From contig CAWKJE010000016.1 of assembly GCA_963849735.1 (NCBI GenBank), forward strand, positions 54,086 to 118,085: a stretch of DNA of 64,000 nt, in the 5' to 3' direction. The position numbers and the translations under genes were made by a program. This DNA comes from an uncultured delta proteobacterium. GTDB lineage: Bacteria > Myxococcota_A > Polyangia > Fen-1088. Shown here piece by piece: positions 1-10,200 of this stretch. Each line of letters starts with the position of its first letter. Position 1 is the first letter of the stretch. The notes beneath the pieces were generated by a model. The model was given only the letters and a program-made list of their open reading frames with translations, was not told the origin of the DNA and made no database searches.

Positions 1-1
1 C

Positions 2-562
2 GTGCCCACTCTAATCGGTTTGGCGATGACCACGTGGTTCTTGTGGACCTATCGCAGGCTGGACGTCACCACCAGCACCTGGAGCGTGCTCTGGCCCACG
101 TTGATCCGCGGCGTGGGCCTAGGTCTGCTCGTCACCCCCGTCATGACCGTGGCGATCAACGCGGTTCCCACCCGCAAGGCGGGCATGGCCTCGTCCATGC
201 TCAGCCTGATTCAGCAAGTTTCCGGCTCGCTGGGCATCGCCGCACTAGCCGCCGTGCTGGTTCGGCGCACGACTTTTCACCTGGCCGTGGTCGGGCAGGG
301 CCTGGCGGCGGCCAATCCCGTGCTCGGGCAGGCCACGCGCGCGGTGGCCGAGCGCGTGCTGGCGCTAGGTCGAGCGCCGGCCGATGCGACGGCAGCGGCC
401 CGGGCACTCGCCCTTGGCCATGCCGCAGGCGCCGCCCAGGTATTGGCCTTCGACGATGCCTTCCTCGTGGGCGCGGGCATCGTGCTCCTGGGTATGGCGC
501 CTGCGCTGTTCCTGACCAAGCGGGCGGCTGCGCGTGCGCAACCGGAGGGAATGGTCGAGTAA
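2..562 (+). CDS. MFS-type efflux transporter, C-terminal fragment (5' end outside window)
   Basis: Multiple predicted TM helices. The motif run VGLGLLVTPVMTVAINAVP...SMLSLIQQVSGSLGIAALAAVLV is typical of the EmrB/QacA-type MFS C-terminal half. The ORF runs off the window start. Confidence 0.55.
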   Translation: MPTLIGLAMTTWFLWTYRRLDVTTSTWSVLWPTLIRGVGLGLLVTPVMTVAINAVPTRKAGMASSMLSLIQQVSGSLGIAALAAVLVRRTTFHLAVVGQGLAAANPVLGQATRAVAERVLALGRAPADATAAARALALGHAAGAAQVLAFDDAFLVGAGIVLLGMAPALFLTKRAAARAQPEGMVE

Positions 563-614
563 GCGACTCGGGCCTCTGGCGAGCGGGCGAACGCTTCGGC
601 GCACTAGCTGGTCG

Positions 615-2054
615 CTAATTGGTCGACACCACCCCGGTGGTGAGGTTGATGGACCACTGCGCGGAGTAGCTCAGGCTCCAGGTCCCGTTGCTATAGGTGA
701 GCGGCAGCCACAGGTAGGTGGAGAGGCTCAGGTTGTTGGAGTTCCAGATGTCGGAAGCATAGATGTAGGTCGTGGTCTGGGTACCCACGATGGGGATCAC
801 GTAGGTGGGCTGCGAGTTCCAGGTCGAGCCGTTCGCCCCGAGGAATGTGAAATTGGTGTTCCACGGCCCGGTGATGGAGCCGGTGGAGGTCAGGTACCGC
901 GCCTGGTTGGGCGCCCACCCGGTCTGGCCCGAGCTGACGCCGTAGTAATCGCCGTTGGCCTTCCAGAACGCGTAGGCCTCGAGGGTGTCGTTGGCCCAAA
1001 TCTTGGTGGTGCTCTTTACCGTCAGATAGTCGCTCGAGAGCAGGTAAACCTCTGTGTCCCTGAAGTCTCCTGCCGCGTTGCCGCCCGGCCCCCCGGTAGA
1101 CACGAAGTAGGCCGTCCCATCGGGATCCTGCCACAGGTTGCAGTCGCGGGAGCCGTTGCCGCCGGGCTGGAAGTGGTCCACGTAGGTGTAGTTCCCGTCG
1201 ATGGTGGGGCTGGTGAAGACCACCGCCTCGGAGTCACAATAGCCACCGCTGGCCCCGGAGCATGATTCCATGTCCCAGTGGGCCCACATCACGTAGAGGT
1301 TGGTGGAGGCGTTGTAGATGACCTTGGGCCGCTCTATGATCAAATTCGTGTTGTTGAGCACCGGATTGGTCTGGGTGGTGACCACTGAGTTGCGATGCAC
1401 CCAGGTGGTGAGATCCTTCGAGGCATAGCAGCTGACGGCGTGGAAGTTGCCCGTCCCGTTGGTGTTGAGGGTCTTGTCCTCGCCAAACCAATACCAGGTG
1501 TCGCAGACCTTGATGAAGCCCCCCCCGTGGGCCTGGATATGCGTGCCGGTGCTGTCGTTCCAGGACCCGGTGTTGTTGATGGTGGCGGTGACATCCCCGT
1601 CGGCGCTGGCTGGGCAGCTGCCGCCATCGACGGCCGACGTGCCGCCCAATCCAGCCGCGCCGTCAATCCCGTTCGCACCACCCGTCCCAACCGCGCCGCC
1701 TTTGCCAGTCGCCCCACCCGCACTGGTCGTGCCTCCCGCCCCGCTTGCACCGCCGCTGCCGGTGGCACCGCCCGCGCTCCCGCCGCCCGTGCCGCTCGCC
1801 CCGCCGTTGCCGCTCCTGCCACCCACACCGCTCTCTCCCCCGTTGCCGCCTCCTGAGCCGGCTGCCCCACCCTTGGCGCTCACTCCGCCACTGCCGCTGG
1901 TGGCTCCGCCACTGGTCTCCCCGCCTAGGCCCGAAGCACCGCCGCTTACGTTTCCTCCTTGCCCGCTCCCTCCCGTACCCGAGGAACAGCCCGAAAACCC
2001 GAGCAACATGGCGAGCAGGGACGGTCCCAGAGCTGCGTTACGCTTCACGATCAT
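615..2054 (-). CDS. Glycoside hydrolase family 43-like lipoprotein (arabinanase/xylosidase/arabinofuranosidase class)
   Basis: Start ATG at 2054 with a GAGGAG SD. Lipoprotein signal MIVKRNAALGPSLLAMLLGFSGC. Long G/S/T linker, then a 5-bladed-propeller GH43-like core (GGGFIKVCDTWYWFGEDKT..., WDMESCSGASGGYCD). The track ORF 615..2108 is over-extended at its 5' end. Confidence 0.65.
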   Translation of the reverse strand: MIVKRNAALGPSLLAMLLGFSGCSSGTGGSGQGGNVSGGASGLGGETSGGATSGSGGVSAKGGAAGSGGGNGGESGVGGRSGNGGASGTGGGSAGGATGSGGASGAGGTTSAGGATGKGGAVGTGGANGIDGAAGLGGTSAVDGGSCPASADGDVTATINNTGSWNDSTGTHIQAHGGGFIKVCDTWYWFGEDKTLNTNGTGNFHAVSCYASKDLTTWVHRNSVVTTQTNPVLNNTNLIIERPKVIYNASTNLYVMWAHWDMESCSGASGGYCDSEAVVFTSPTIDGNYTYVDHFQPGGNGSRDCNLWQDPDGTAYFVSTGGPGGNAAGDFRDTEVYLLSSDYLTVKSTTKIWANDTLEAYAFWKANGDYYGVSSGQTGWAPNQARYLTSTGSITGPWNTNFTFLGANGSTWNSQPTYVIPIVGTQTTTYIYASDIWNSNNLSLSTYLWLPLTYSNGTWSLSYSAQWSINLTTGVVSTN

Positions 2055-2191
2055 GGCTTCTCCTCGGCGCGGGTATGCGAGCGCTCTTCGCAAGTTGCCA
2101 TGATCCATCGACAGCTGGGAGCCGGCAATGGTCCACTCGATCTATCAGTGGTCCGTCTGTGAGTCTACGGAAGAGCTACCGCGGGCAGGTG

Positions 2192-3187
2192 CTAGCTCAT
2201 GGCGTGACGGTACGCAGCCGGGCTCAAGTGCTGAAACTGACGGAAAGACTGGCAGAAGTGGCTCGGGTTGGCAAAGCCGCAAGCCGTGGCGATTTGCTTG
2301 AGCGGGGCGCGCGAGTCGAGCAGCATGCGCGCGGCCTCGTGAATTCTCACCTCCGCGGCGAAGCGCGCAGGCGTCAACCCGGTTCGCAGCCGGAAGAGGT
2401 GACTGAAGTGGCTTCGCGTCATGCCATGCTCGGCCGCCATGGCAGCGACCCCGATGGCCTTGGGCAGACGGGTCACGATGAGCGAACGCACGGCGTCTAG
2501 GAGGCGGTCACCTTCGCCCGACTGGCGCCTGGTCTTGAGCGCCCAGCGTTCATAGCCAAAAACCAGCTCGAACAGAGTTTGCTCCACCTCGATGCGATCG
2601 CGGAAGTCCTTCTTGATGGCGCCGCGGAAAAGGCGCAGGGCTATGGCGGTGAGGGCCGCGTCCGGGGGAGTCTCGACCAGCGAGCCCACGGCGGCGACTT
2701 GCTTGGCTACCCTGCCCAGCAGGTAGGGGTGGTAAACCCCGATCCAGCCAAACGTCCACCCGGGCGAGTCGGCGGGGAGGTAGTAACGATGGCGCGACGG
2801 CACGATGGCGAAAAATCCCGTGCCGGGAACGGCTCTTTGCGGCTCTTTACCGTAGAGTTGGAAATGTCCCCACCCGGCCAGGGTGAGCTGGAAGAAGAAA
2901 AGATGTGGGTCCCTGGGTCCCAAGCGGCGCATGCCATCCCAGCGATAGCTGTCGGGATCAGTGCGCGTCTCGATGTTGCCGAAGAACGCGGTAGCTGGCG
3001 TCCACCACACCGGGGCCCGCACCGGCGCGCGCGACAGATCAGAGAGCTGGCGCAGCACCTTCGCCCACTCCGGTGGCGGCGCCGGACCCGGATTTCTGCT
3101 CGCCACCACCTCGGAAGCGAGCACCTCGTCCGAGCGGCGGCGCCAGAGAGCCGCGCGCGATCGGGGAGGGCTCTTGATCCTCATCAA
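2192..3187 (-). CDS. AraC-family transcriptional regulator
   Basis: C-terminal double HTH of the AraC/XylS type (GMTRSHFSHLFRLRTGLTPARFAAEVRIHEAARMLLDSRAPLKQIATACGFANPSHFCQSFRQFQHLSPAAYR). It is divergent from the GH27 gene. Confidence 0.8.
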   Translation of the reverse strand: MMRIKSPPRSRAALWRRRSDEVLASEVVASRNPGPAPPPEWAKVLRQLSDLSRAPVRAPVWWTPATAFFGNIETRTDPDSYRWDGMRRLGPRDPHLFFFQLTLAGWGHFQLYGKEPQRAVPGTGFFAIVPSRHRYYLPADSPGWTFGWIGVYHPYLLGRVAKQVAAVGSLVETPPDAALTAIALRLFRGAIKKDFRDRIEVEQTLFELVFGYERWALKTRRQSGEGDRLLDAVRSLIVTRLPKAIGVAAMAAEHGMTRSHFSHLFRLRTGLTPARFAAEVRIHEAARMLLDSRAPLKQIATACGFANPSHFCQSFRQFQHLSPAAYRHAMS

Positions 3188-3392
3188 TAGAACATACTTC
3201 TAACATCCCCGACATTGCAGCGCGAATCGCGCGTCCCTATCCTCACTAGACGAGCCGTTAGCTTTGGCGCAAAATAATGTCGGTTACGCCTATCGCCAAT
3301 ACGGGCGACTTCAACACGGCGACTTCGGACCGGGGAAGCGACCCGCTCATGGGTCATTTCCAGTCAGGCCACTAAGGGTCAAAGGATTTTCC
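3188..3392. promoter_or_regulatory. Divergent intergenic control region between the AraC-family regulator and the GH27 gene
   Basis: A 205-bp, relatively AT-richer spacer between divergently transcribed genes. It ends in AAAGGA-N9-ATG for the GH27 gene. The operator positions themselves are not determined. Confidence 0.35.
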
Positions 3393-5585
3393 ATGACAGC
3401 AAGAGGTTTCCTCGCTAGCAGTGTGTGTATCCGCCGCGCTCTCGCTTACCAGCCTGGTGGCCGAGCGCGCCCGCCGCGGGTGACATATGGGTTTGCGCTA
3501 ATCGGTGCCCTGGCTTTCGCCAGCGCCGCTCCCGCCTTCGCCGCGCAGACCAATATGACCATCTCGACCACCGCCGCACCCGCGACACCACGAATCCTCG
3601 GCTCCTCCGTGGTCGGCGCGATTGCCGGCAGTCCGTTCTTGTACACGGTTTCCGCAACCGGGCAGGCGCCTCTCACCTTCGCCGCCACCGGGCTGCCTAG
3701 CGGCCTCACCCTCGACGCGTCCTCGGGCACCATCTCCGGCACCACGCCCGCGGCGGGGAGCTATCCCATCGGCCTGACCGTGAGCAACGGCTCGGGCAGC
3801 GCTAGCGCTACCCTGACTCTGACTGCCGGATCAACGGTCGCCCTGACCCCGCCCATGGGCTGGAACAGCTACGACTCCTTCGGCTCGAGCGTGACCGAGA
3901 GCCAAGTGCTGGCCGCGGCCCAGGCCACCAAGACCTTGCTCCAGCCCTACGGCTGGAACACGATTGTCATCGACTATCTCTGGTACGATCCGGAGGACGT
4001 CATCGACCAGTATGGGCGCTGGCTGCCCTCGCCGAGCAAGTTTCCCTCGTCGGGCAGCGGTGGCGCCAATGGCTTCAAGCCGCTCGCGGCCCAGATACAT
4101 GCGCTCGGGCTCAGCTTCGGCATCCACCTTATGCGCGGCATTCCGCGCAAGTCGGTCAGCGCCAACAGCCCTATCGCCAACTCGACCTATACCGCGTCGC
4201 AGGCGGGCAACACCAGCGACACCTGTGCGTGGGACCAGCACATGTACGGGGTCAACGCCACCACCGACGCCGGCATTGCCTGGTACAACTCCATATATTC
4301 GCAGTACGCCGATTGGGGCATCGATTTCGTCAAGGTCGACGACATGATGAATCCCTATACCGCCGGCGATCCCCTGCACACCGCCGAGGTGGAGGCAGTG
4401 CATAATTCCATCGTGGGCACTGGCCGCTCCATGGTATTCAGCCTCTCGCCCGGTCCCATCCAAACCTCGGACGTGGCCGTGCTGAACGTCAACGCCAATA
4501 TGTGGCGTCAGGTGAACGACTTCTGGGATACCAACGGTCTCAGCACGGTCTCGGATGAGTTTACCGCGTCATTAAGCTGGTCGACCACAACCGGCATCAC
4601 CCCAGGGCACTGGCCCGATGCCGATATGCTGCCGCTGGGAACCATCGGGACCCGTGCCTGCGCCTTCAGCCACAACCAACAGGTGCAGGTCATGACCCTG
4701 TGGGCCATCATGCCGTCACCCCTGATTTTCGGTGGCATGCCGACCGATCTCGCCAATGACACCTGGACCCTGCCTCTGCTCACCAACGAGGAAGTGCTGG
4801 CGGTCAATCAAGACGCCCAGGGCAGCCGTGGCGTACAGGTCGCCAAGCAGGGCAACACCGAGGTGTGGAAAAAGGCCATGTCGGGCGGCCGCGTGGCCGT
4901 CGCCCTCTTCAATCACGACAGCTCCCAGGACGACAGCGTTTCGGTCACTTTCTCCACGCTTGGGGTCACCGGGACGCCCGCGGTACGCGATTTGTGGCAA
5001 CGCGCCGACGTGACCGGCATGACCAGCGGTATCTCGGCCAGCGTTCCCTACACTGGCGCCCTGCTCTATCTGTTGACTCCGCCAGGAGCGGGAGGAACCG
5101 GGGGCACTGGTGGCGGAGGTGGCGTGGACGGCGGGGCCGCCGGGGCTGGCGGCGGTTCCGGGGCAAGCGGAGGCGCCGGAGCGACGGGCAGCGCTGGCAC
5201 GGCGGGCGCGGGCGGAAAGGGCAGCGGCGGCGCCGCGAGTGGCGGATCATCTGGATCGGGTACAGGTGGCAGCCTGGGCGGCGGCGGCGCGAATGGCAAC
5301 GGCGGCGCGGCTGGTCGAGGGTCAGGGGGAGCGGAAACCGGAGCACAGGGAGGTAGCTTGCCCGGCAGCGGAGGCACGGCGGTGTCCGGCTCCGGCGGGG
5401 CCAAGACGAGCGCTGCCGGCGGAGGCGCGGTAGCCACCTCGAGCGCAACGGCGGGAAGCAGCGGTTGCTCTTGCACCGTGGGCTCGGCCCATGGTCGGTC
5501 GGATTGGTACTGGTGCAGCACGGGGGTTGGCTTGGCCTTCGCCCTGGCGGCGCGCAAGCGGCGTGACCGCTCCTCACAAAAGTAA
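3393..5585 (+). CDS. Secreted GH27-family hydrolase (alpha-galactosidase / beta-L-arabinopyranosidase class) with an N-terminal Ig-like domain and a MYXO-CTERM-type tail
   Basis: Signal peptide MTARGFLASSVCIRRALA...AFAAQT. A He_PIG-like Ig repeat region. The GH27 signature is MGWNSYDSFG...IDYLWY...GIDFVKVDD. A long G/S/A-rich linker follows, and the C-terminus is GCSCTVGS-(hydrophobic helix)-ARKRRDRSSQK. The track ORF starts earlier (3264) without a signal peptide. Confidence 0.75.
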   Translation: MTARGFLASSVCIRRALAYQPGGRARPPRVTYGFALIGALAFASAAPAFAAQTNMTISTTAAPATPRILGSSVVGAIAGSPFLYTVSATGQAPLTFAATGLPSGLTLDASSGTISGTTPAAGSYPIGLTVSNGSGSASATLTLTAGSTVALTPPMGWNSYDSFGSSVTESQVLAAAQATKTLLQPYGWNTIVIDYLWYDPEDVIDQYGRWLPSPSKFPSSGSGGANGFKPLAAQIHALGLSFGIHLMRGIPRKSVSANSPIANSTYTASQAGNTSDTCAWDQHMYGVNATTDAGIAWYNSIYSQYADWGIDFVKVDDMMNPYTAGDPLHTAEVEAVHNSIVGTGRSMVFSLSPGPIQTSDVAVLNVNANMWRQVNDFWDTNGLSTVSDEFTASLSWSTTTGITPGHWPDADMLPLGTIGTRACAFSHNQQVQVMTLWAIMPSPLIFGGMPTDLANDTWTLPLLTNEEVLAVNQDAQGSRGVQVAKQGNTEVWKKAMSGGRVAVALFNHDSSQDDSVSVTFSTLGVTGTPAVRDLWQRADVTGMTSGISASVPYTGALLYLLTPPGAGGTGGTGGGGGVDGGAAGAGGGSGASGGAGATGSAGTAGAGGKGSGGAASGGSSGSGTGGSLGGGGANGNGGAAGRGSGGAETGAQGGSLPGSGGTAVSGSGGAKTSAAGGGAVATSSATAGSSGCSCTVGSAHGRSDWYWCSTGVGLAFALAARKRRDRSSQK

Positions 5586-5636
5586 CCTATTCGTGCAGCG
5601 TCGTTCCTCGTAAGATTCGTGGCCGGAGGCTCCGCC

Positions 5637-7121
5637 ATGATTCGAGATCCGCGCCGCACCGTTTCCATGCTGATCGCCGCCGTGGCTGCGCTATCGGCCA
5701 AGCCCGTGCTGGCTGCCTCGTTGCAGCAGGTGACGGACTGGGGGGCCACCGGCGTCCCCACCTACATCGCCATGTTCATCTATGTGCCCGACAAGCTGGC
5801 GACCAACCCGCCGATCCTGGTGGTTTCGCACTACTGCTCGGGAGATGCGGCCGGGGTTTTCTCCGAGGCCCAGGGCGGCGGCATCGTGGCGGCCTCCGAC
5901 CAATACGGCTTCATCATGATCTATCCGCAGAATCACCTCCCGGGCACCACCCGCAACTGCTGGGATGTGGGCTCGACCGCGTCGCTCACCCACAATGGCG
6001 GGGGCGACACCCAGGCCATCGCCGAGATGGTGCAATACACCATCACAACCTACAAGGCCAATCCCGACCGGGTGTACGCCACGGGGACTTCGTCCGGGGC
6101 CATGATGACGGAGGCCTTGCTGGCCGTCTACCCCGATGTGTTCAAAGCCGGCGCCGAGTTCTCGGGCGTGCCGGCCGGCTGCTGGTCCGACGGCTACGAC
6201 CCGAGCAATCAATGGAGCGGCAACTGCGCTACCGGCGTGACCACGTTCACGGCGCAGCAATGGGGTGACAAGGTGCGCGCCATGTATCCGGGATATTCCG
6301 GCTATCGTCCGCGCATCCAGCTTTGGCACGGCGCGGCCGACACCACCATAAGCCCCAACAATCAGACAGAAGCGATCAAGGAGTGGACCAACGTCCTCGG
6401 GCTCGGCAGCGACCCGACCTCGACCACCAGCGTGTCACTCAACAGCCACTCCTGGACCCGGCAAAGCTGGCAAAACGCCTGCGGCTACACGGTGCTCGAC
6501 GCCTGGCTGGAGGCCAATGGCCCGCACGGCACCGACGCCAACCTCAATGCGCAGTACGTGATCCCCTTCTTGGGGCTGGACAAGAGCGCGGCTACCGATC
6601 CGGAAATTGCCCAGTGCGGAACTACCGATGCCGGCACCCCCAGCGCGGACGGAGCGGTGGGCGGTGGGGGCGGCAGCAGCGAGGGCAGCGGCGGCAGCGG
6701 CGGCAGCGGTGGCGGCGCAGGGGCGGGCGGCAGCCCAAACACCGGCGGCAGAGGTGGCACCAGCAGCGCAGGGGGCGCGGCGGGTAGCGCAGCGGGCTCC
6801 GGGGGGAGCAAGAGTGGGAGCGGCGGAAGTCTCGGCAACGGCGGCGGCAGCACTAGTAGCGGCAGCACTAGTAGTGGTGGTACGAGCGCGGGCGGCGCTA
6901 ACGGAAGCAGCGGCGGCGCGAGCGCGGCGAGCGCCTCGGGCGGGTCGGCAAGCGGCGGTAGCGCCTCGGGCCAGGGTGGCTCGGCGAGCGGCGGCGCATC
7001 GGCGAGCGGGTGTAGCTGCAGGTTGGGGCAGAGGTCGGCTGCTCATCCACGCCGCGCCGAAGTGGCCATGGCCATGGCGCTATTGCTGCTGGCCTGGACG
7101 GGAAAGCGTCGCCGGGCCTAG
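5637..7121 (+). CDS. Secreted esterase of the PHB-depolymerase/feruloyl-esterase (CE1-like) family with a MYXO-CTERM-type tail
   Basis: GGAGG SD before the ATG at 5637, followed by a signal peptide. An esterase_phb-like core (HYCSGDAAGVFSEAQGGG...YATGTSSGAMMTEALLAVYPDVFKAGAEFSGVPAGCW) includes the GTSSG nucleophile elbow. A G/S-rich linker leads to the C-terminal GCSCRLGQRS...AMAMALLLLAWTGKRRRA. Confidence 0.75.
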   Translation: MIRDPRRTVSMLIAAVAALSAKPVLAASLQQVTDWGATGVPTYIAMFIYVPDKLATNPPILVVSHYCSGDAAGVFSEAQGGGIVAASDQYGFIMIYPQNHLPGTTRNCWDVGSTASLTHNGGGDTQAIAEMVQYTITTYKANPDRVYATGTSSGAMMTEALLAVYPDVFKAGAEFSGVPAGCWSDGYDPSNQWSGNCATGVTTFTAQQWGDKVRAMYPGYSGYRPRIQLWHGAADTTISPNNQTEAIKEWTNVLGLGSDPTSTTSVSLNSHSWTRQSWQNACGYTVLDAWLEANGPHGTDANLNAQYVIPFLGLDKSAATDPEIAQCGTTDAGTPSADGAVGGGGGSSEGSGGSGGSGGGAGAGGSPNTGGRGGTSSAGGAAGSAAGSGGSKSGSGGSLGNGGGSTSSGSTSSGGTSAGGANGSSGGASAASASGGSASGGSASGQGGSASGGASASGCSCRLGQRSAAHPRRAEVAMAMALLLLAWTGKRRRA

Positions 7122-7152
7122 ACCTGCTACCCTTCCCTACCCGGTGCCATGA

Positions 7153-7177
7153 CCGCTGCGCGTTGCCCGCGCAGGCC
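7153..7177. terminator. GC-rich hairpin downstream of the esterase gene
   Basis: CTGCGCG-ttgcc-CGCGCAG, a perfect 7-bp stem 35 bp after the stop. There is no clear U-tract, which is common in high-GC genomes. Confidence 0.3.
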
Positions 7178-7264
7178 ATGCGCTGGCGCTTAGAGTCAAG
7201 AGAATGCGGACTCTGCCCCCTTCTCATGCTCTGCCCCTGCAACGTTCTACAATAGAGCCCAGCC

Positions 7265-10200
7265 ATGAAGCCCAACGAGTTCAACTATTTGATCGCCGTG
7301 ACGCTTGCCACCCTGGCGAGCGCGTGTAACTCCCACCTCCTGCTCTCGTCGGGCGATCCCAACGTCGTGGTCATCAGCCAACCCACGATCGTCGGAGGAG
7401 GAGGAGGAGGAGCCCCCCCCCCCACCCCCACCCAAGAGTGATGCCGGAAGCTCGCCTTTCACCACCACCGTTACCCTCACGCCGGATGCTGGTCCCAAGC
7501 CGGTGGACACGGCCCCGCCGGTGGAAAATCTCTCCTGTCCGGCGGGCGAGGTCAGGCTGCACGTGCGCGACGTCTGGTCTGACCCCGTGGATCCGCCCAG
7601 CATGAAGACCCTGACCACTCCGCCCACCAGCGTGCAGATCATGGATCCCAACAACAACTACATCGTCTACGCCGCCCGCGTCGATGGCCCCAACTGCAGC
7701 TACTACTCGGTTTGCCTGCCGAACACCATTACCACCATCCAGCTCAAGCCGGTGGGTGCCGACGGCTGTGCCACCGGCAGCCAGTCGGGCAACTTCAACC
7801 TTTCGGCCTATACCAAGAACAGCGACATCTGGATCGAATACACCGGCACCGACGCCACCATCCAGGCCGACTACACCGCCTATCCCACCGCCAATGTCGG
7901 GCCCAACCAGTTCCACATCACCTCCGACAGCTCCACCCTCCAGTACCCCGCGTGCAAGATCGGCACGCCGCCTGACGAGACCACGCCCAGCGGCTACACC
8001 AAGGTCGAGTTCCGCTGGCCCTGGAACGATCCCACCGATCCCGCCACCCCCTACCCCGGCTCGGGCTGCCCGGTCAATTTCGCCAAAACCATGGGCTTCA
8101 GCGTGCCCCCCTACCCCTCGAGCCTCAGCGTTACCGGTCTCACCTGCCCCATGGAGGCCGTGCTCGAATTCCAGGACGGGCAATGCCCATGGTACTACGT
8201 GATGATCCCCAACAGCGACTGGCCGACCACCGGCACCGGGCCGTCGATCGTGTTCCGCTATCCCGACAACTCCAAGAACCTCTACACCAACAGCATCCAA
8301 CTCCCCGCCCGCGATCCGAGCCAGACCGAGTACTGGATCGCCTACGCCGGCGCCCCCGACAACACCATCGCCTCGGTGACGGTGTGCCAGGACTGGTCGC
8401 TGCAGCCCAACTCCTACTTCATCTACACCGCCAATCCCGGACCTGGCTATCAGAACTGCGGGGGCAGCGTGGCGGCCGTCGATCCTTGCAGCCCACCCCA
8501 GCCGGCCAATTACCACACCGTGCACTTCCGCTACCTCTGGGCCGGCCAGAAGACCTTCACCATGTTCCCCAGCCAGGACATAATGCCGAAGTGGATTGAG
8601 CTGGAAGTGACCCCCCCGAACGGCGGCGCGATCGAGGTCATCTGCCAGCACGAGCAGGAACGGCCCTGGTACGAATGTCCGGTGCCCGACACCGCCTTCA
8701 GCGCGACCACGACCTGGCGCGCGGTGGACAAGCTCCACAACCCGGAATGGAACACCGTCCAGCCCTGGCCGTTCGGGACCGCAGCGGCGACCCCGGGCGA
8801 ATACTGGATCCGCTGGTACTACGGTAAGCCCGACATACCGCGCAGCTCGCCCCCGCCCAATTTCATGATCTTCAACTACTACCCCGACGGGACCAACGGC
8901 GACTGGTCGGCCACTGGCAACTGGAACGACAGCATGTGCGCACCCAAGCCGCCCGCCACTCCGGTGGTGGTGGGCTTCAACCAGGGCGGATGGTTCCCCT
9001 ACAGTCAGACCCAATATCAGTACCCCTACGGCGGCTCGCTGGCCTACATCTACCCGCAGGCCAACCAGAGCCAGGTGCAGGACCTCTTCAATGCCTTCAC
9101 CTTCGAGCGCTACAATTTGTGGAAGCAGAACTGGGTCCTGACTGATACCAACGCCTGCGGCGCCGGGACGGCCCGGGTGTACAGCGATGACCCGACGGGA
9201 ACGGTGAGCGAGGGGCAAGGGTACGGCATGGCCATGGCGGCCGCCATCGGCGACAAGGACCTCTTTGATCAGCTCTGGAACTTCATCCGCGACTATCGCT
9301 CCGAGGCGAAGTACTGCGGCCTCATGGGCTGGATGTTCCCGGCGGCGGCGACTGACGCCACGGCTCAGTATTGCCAAACCCAGGACTCCTTCGCCCCCAG
9401 CGGGGGCGACCACGACAGCGCTTTCGACGGCGACGTCGACATCGGCATCGGCTTGCTCTTCGGTGCCCTGCAATGGCCGGAATACCTCAGCGCGGCCCAA
9501 GACTGGCTCACCCGCATGGAGTGCGAGGTCAACACGGCCTACGGCGACGGGTACAACTACCCCTCCGCCGGGGACAGCTGGAACAAGAACTGCGAAAACG
9601 ACACCCAGTGCGGCTACGACCCCAAGACGGTGAACCAAGTCTACCTGGATTACTATCCCCCGGGGTACTTCCGCGTGTTCGGCGACTTCTTGACCAAGTA
9701 CCCGCCCTCTTCCGGCAACAACGCCGCAAACGGCCAGAGCCATCACGACTTCTGGTACAAGACCGCCGAGACGGTGTGGAAATTGGTGGAGATTCTGCTA
9801 CGACCAAGCGGGCGTGCATCCCGGCCTCATGGGTGACCAAGCCACCATCCTCACCGCGTGCAGCTCGGGCGGCGGCGAGCCCTACGAGTGGGGCCGCGCC
9901 CTCTGGCGCCTTGCCATCGACGCCGCCTGGTTCGGCAACAACACCAGCCTGCCCGAAAACGCTCCCAATTCTTCCACTCACTACGCGGGCAAGTCGCAGA
10001 TCCAGGCCAAGATGGACAACATCCAGGACTTCTACGCCAACTTCTACAAGAAGAACCCGCCCGTAACGGACGCCAACCAGTTCTCGACCATCTGCGACCA
10101 GATGGGCACCGACGGGACCATCACCAACTGCGACCCCGCCTACGGCCACAACTCCTACACCGTCAACCTGGCCCTCTGCCCCTTCGCCACCCTGTTCAAC

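Noticed and set aside
1447-2103. Pro-rich 218-aa ORF (and similar P-rich ORFs at 5066..5761, 6485..6868, 14841..15305)
   Set aside because: These are alternative-frame or antisense readings of the G/S/A-rich linkers (GGC/GCC-rich DNA) of real CAZyme genes.
7374-9746. 790-aa ORF on the minus strand
   Set aside because: It is fully antisense to the GH8-like gene, which has clear family motifs. Long antisense ORFs are expected at ~70% GC. The composition is low-complexity (G/V/A/R-rich).
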